DNA of 64,000 nucleotides from Heptranchias perlo (Eukaryota), in the NCBI RefSeq assembly GCF_035084215.1, contig NW_027139268.1, positions 124,001 to 188,000 of the forward strand, in the 5' to 3' direction. The notes beneath the pieces were generated by a model that searched no databases, was not told where the DNA came from, and was given only the letters and a program-made list of their open reading frames with translations. This document shows, piece after piece, positions 63,001 to 64,000 of this stretch. Positions within the stretch are counted from its first letter, which is position 1; the number at the start of each line of letters is the position of its first letter. The position numbers were made by a program, and so were the translations under genes.

Positions 63001-64000
63001 AACAGTGCAGCGCTCCCTCAGTACTGCCCCTCCGACAGTGCAGCACTCCCTCAGTACTGCCCCTCCGACAGTGCAGCACTCCCTCAGTACTGGCCCTTCA
63101 ACAGTGCAGCACTCCCTCAGTACTGCCCCTCTGGCAGTGCAGCACTCCCTCAGTACTGCCCCTCTGACAGTGCAGCACTCCCTCAGTACTGCCCATCCGA
63201 CAGTGCAGCACTCCCTCAGTACTGCCCCTCCGACAGTGCAGCACTCCCTCAATACTGCCCCTCCGACAGTGCAGCACTCCCTCATTACTGCCCCTCTCAC
63301 AGTGCAGCACTCCCTCAGTACTGCCCCTCCGACAGTGCAGCACTCCCTCAGTACTGCCCCTCCGACAGTGCAGCACTCCCTCAGTACTGGCCCTTCAACA
63401 GTGCAGCGCTCCCTCAGTACTGCCCCTCCGACAGTGCAGCACTCCCTCAGTACTGCCCCTCCGACAGTGCAGCACTCCCTCAGTACTGGCCCTTCAACAG
63501 TGCAGCACTCCCTCAGTACTGCCCCTCTGACAGTGCAGCACTCCCTCAGTACTGCCCCTCTGACAGTGCAGCACTCCCTCAGTACTGCCCCTCCCACAGT
63601 GCTCTTTCCCTCAGTACTGCCCCTCCCACAGTGCTCTTTCCCTCAGTACTGCCCCTCCCACAGTGCTCTCTCCCTCAGTACTGCCCCTCCGACAGTGCAG
63701 CACTCCCTCAGTACTGGCCCTTCAACAGTGCAGCGCTCCCTCAGTACTGCCCCTCCGACAGTGCAGCACTCCCTCAGTACTGGCCCTTCAACAGTGCAGC
63801 ACTCCCTCAGTACTGCCCCTCTGGCAGTGCAGCACTCCCTCAATACTGCCCCTCCGACAGTGCAGCACTCCCTCATTACTGCCCCTCTCACAGTGCAGCA
63901 CTCCCTCAGTACTGCCCCTCCGACAGTGCAGCACTCCCTCAGTACTGCCCCTCCGACAGTGCAGCACTCCCTCAGTACTGGCCCTTCAACAGTGCAGCGC
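57035..64000. repeat. 33-bp minisatellite (about 210 copies in window)
   Basis: Unit ACAGTGCAGCACTCCCTCAGTACTGCCCCTCYG; runs off the right edge. Confidence 0.99.

Noticed and set aside
55555-63891. Cys-rich ORFs (VLRECCTVGGA)n resembling keratin-associated or metallothionein proteins
   Set aside because: They are translations of the 33-bp minisatellite, open in several frames on both strands and broken by 13-bp slips.
57035-64000. CRISPR-like regular 33-37-bp repeats (also 18779-19342)
   Set aside because: Head-to-tail tandem units with no unique spacers, no cas genes, and a eukaryotic context.

Overview
Repeat-dominated vertebrate genomic window, most likely from a cartilaginous fish (inferred from the repeat families and the MHC sequence style). 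The only supportable host gene is a minus-strand, non-classical MHC class I heavy-chain gene. Its five exons all have GT-AG boundaries in phase 1: leader 17441-17390, alpha1 16107-15847, alpha2 7975-7700, alpha3 7583-7305 and TM 5779-5666, giving 327 codons with no stop. Any cytoplasmic exon would lie beyond the left edge. The predicted protein is unusual: it lacks both alpha2 cysteines, has a free Cys in the alpha1 helix, and has lost most peptide N-terminus anchors while keeping most C-terminus anchors. A Y-box and an ISRE lie upstream of the ATG, a kB site lies in intron 1, and part of the leader exon is duplicated upstream. The rest of the window holds two decayed Harbinger transposons (transposase plus Myb/SANT gene), CR1/L2 LINE fragments, a tRNA-SINE, and a decayed gag/coiled-coil retroelement-like relic (about 45.3-50.3 kb). 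There are five tandem arrays (89/90, 37, 25, 36-40 and 33 bp units), several of which appear to have been seeded inside TE sequence. Two assembly gaps are present (16903-17081 and 26476-26610). The very long ORFs in the track are satellite artefacts.
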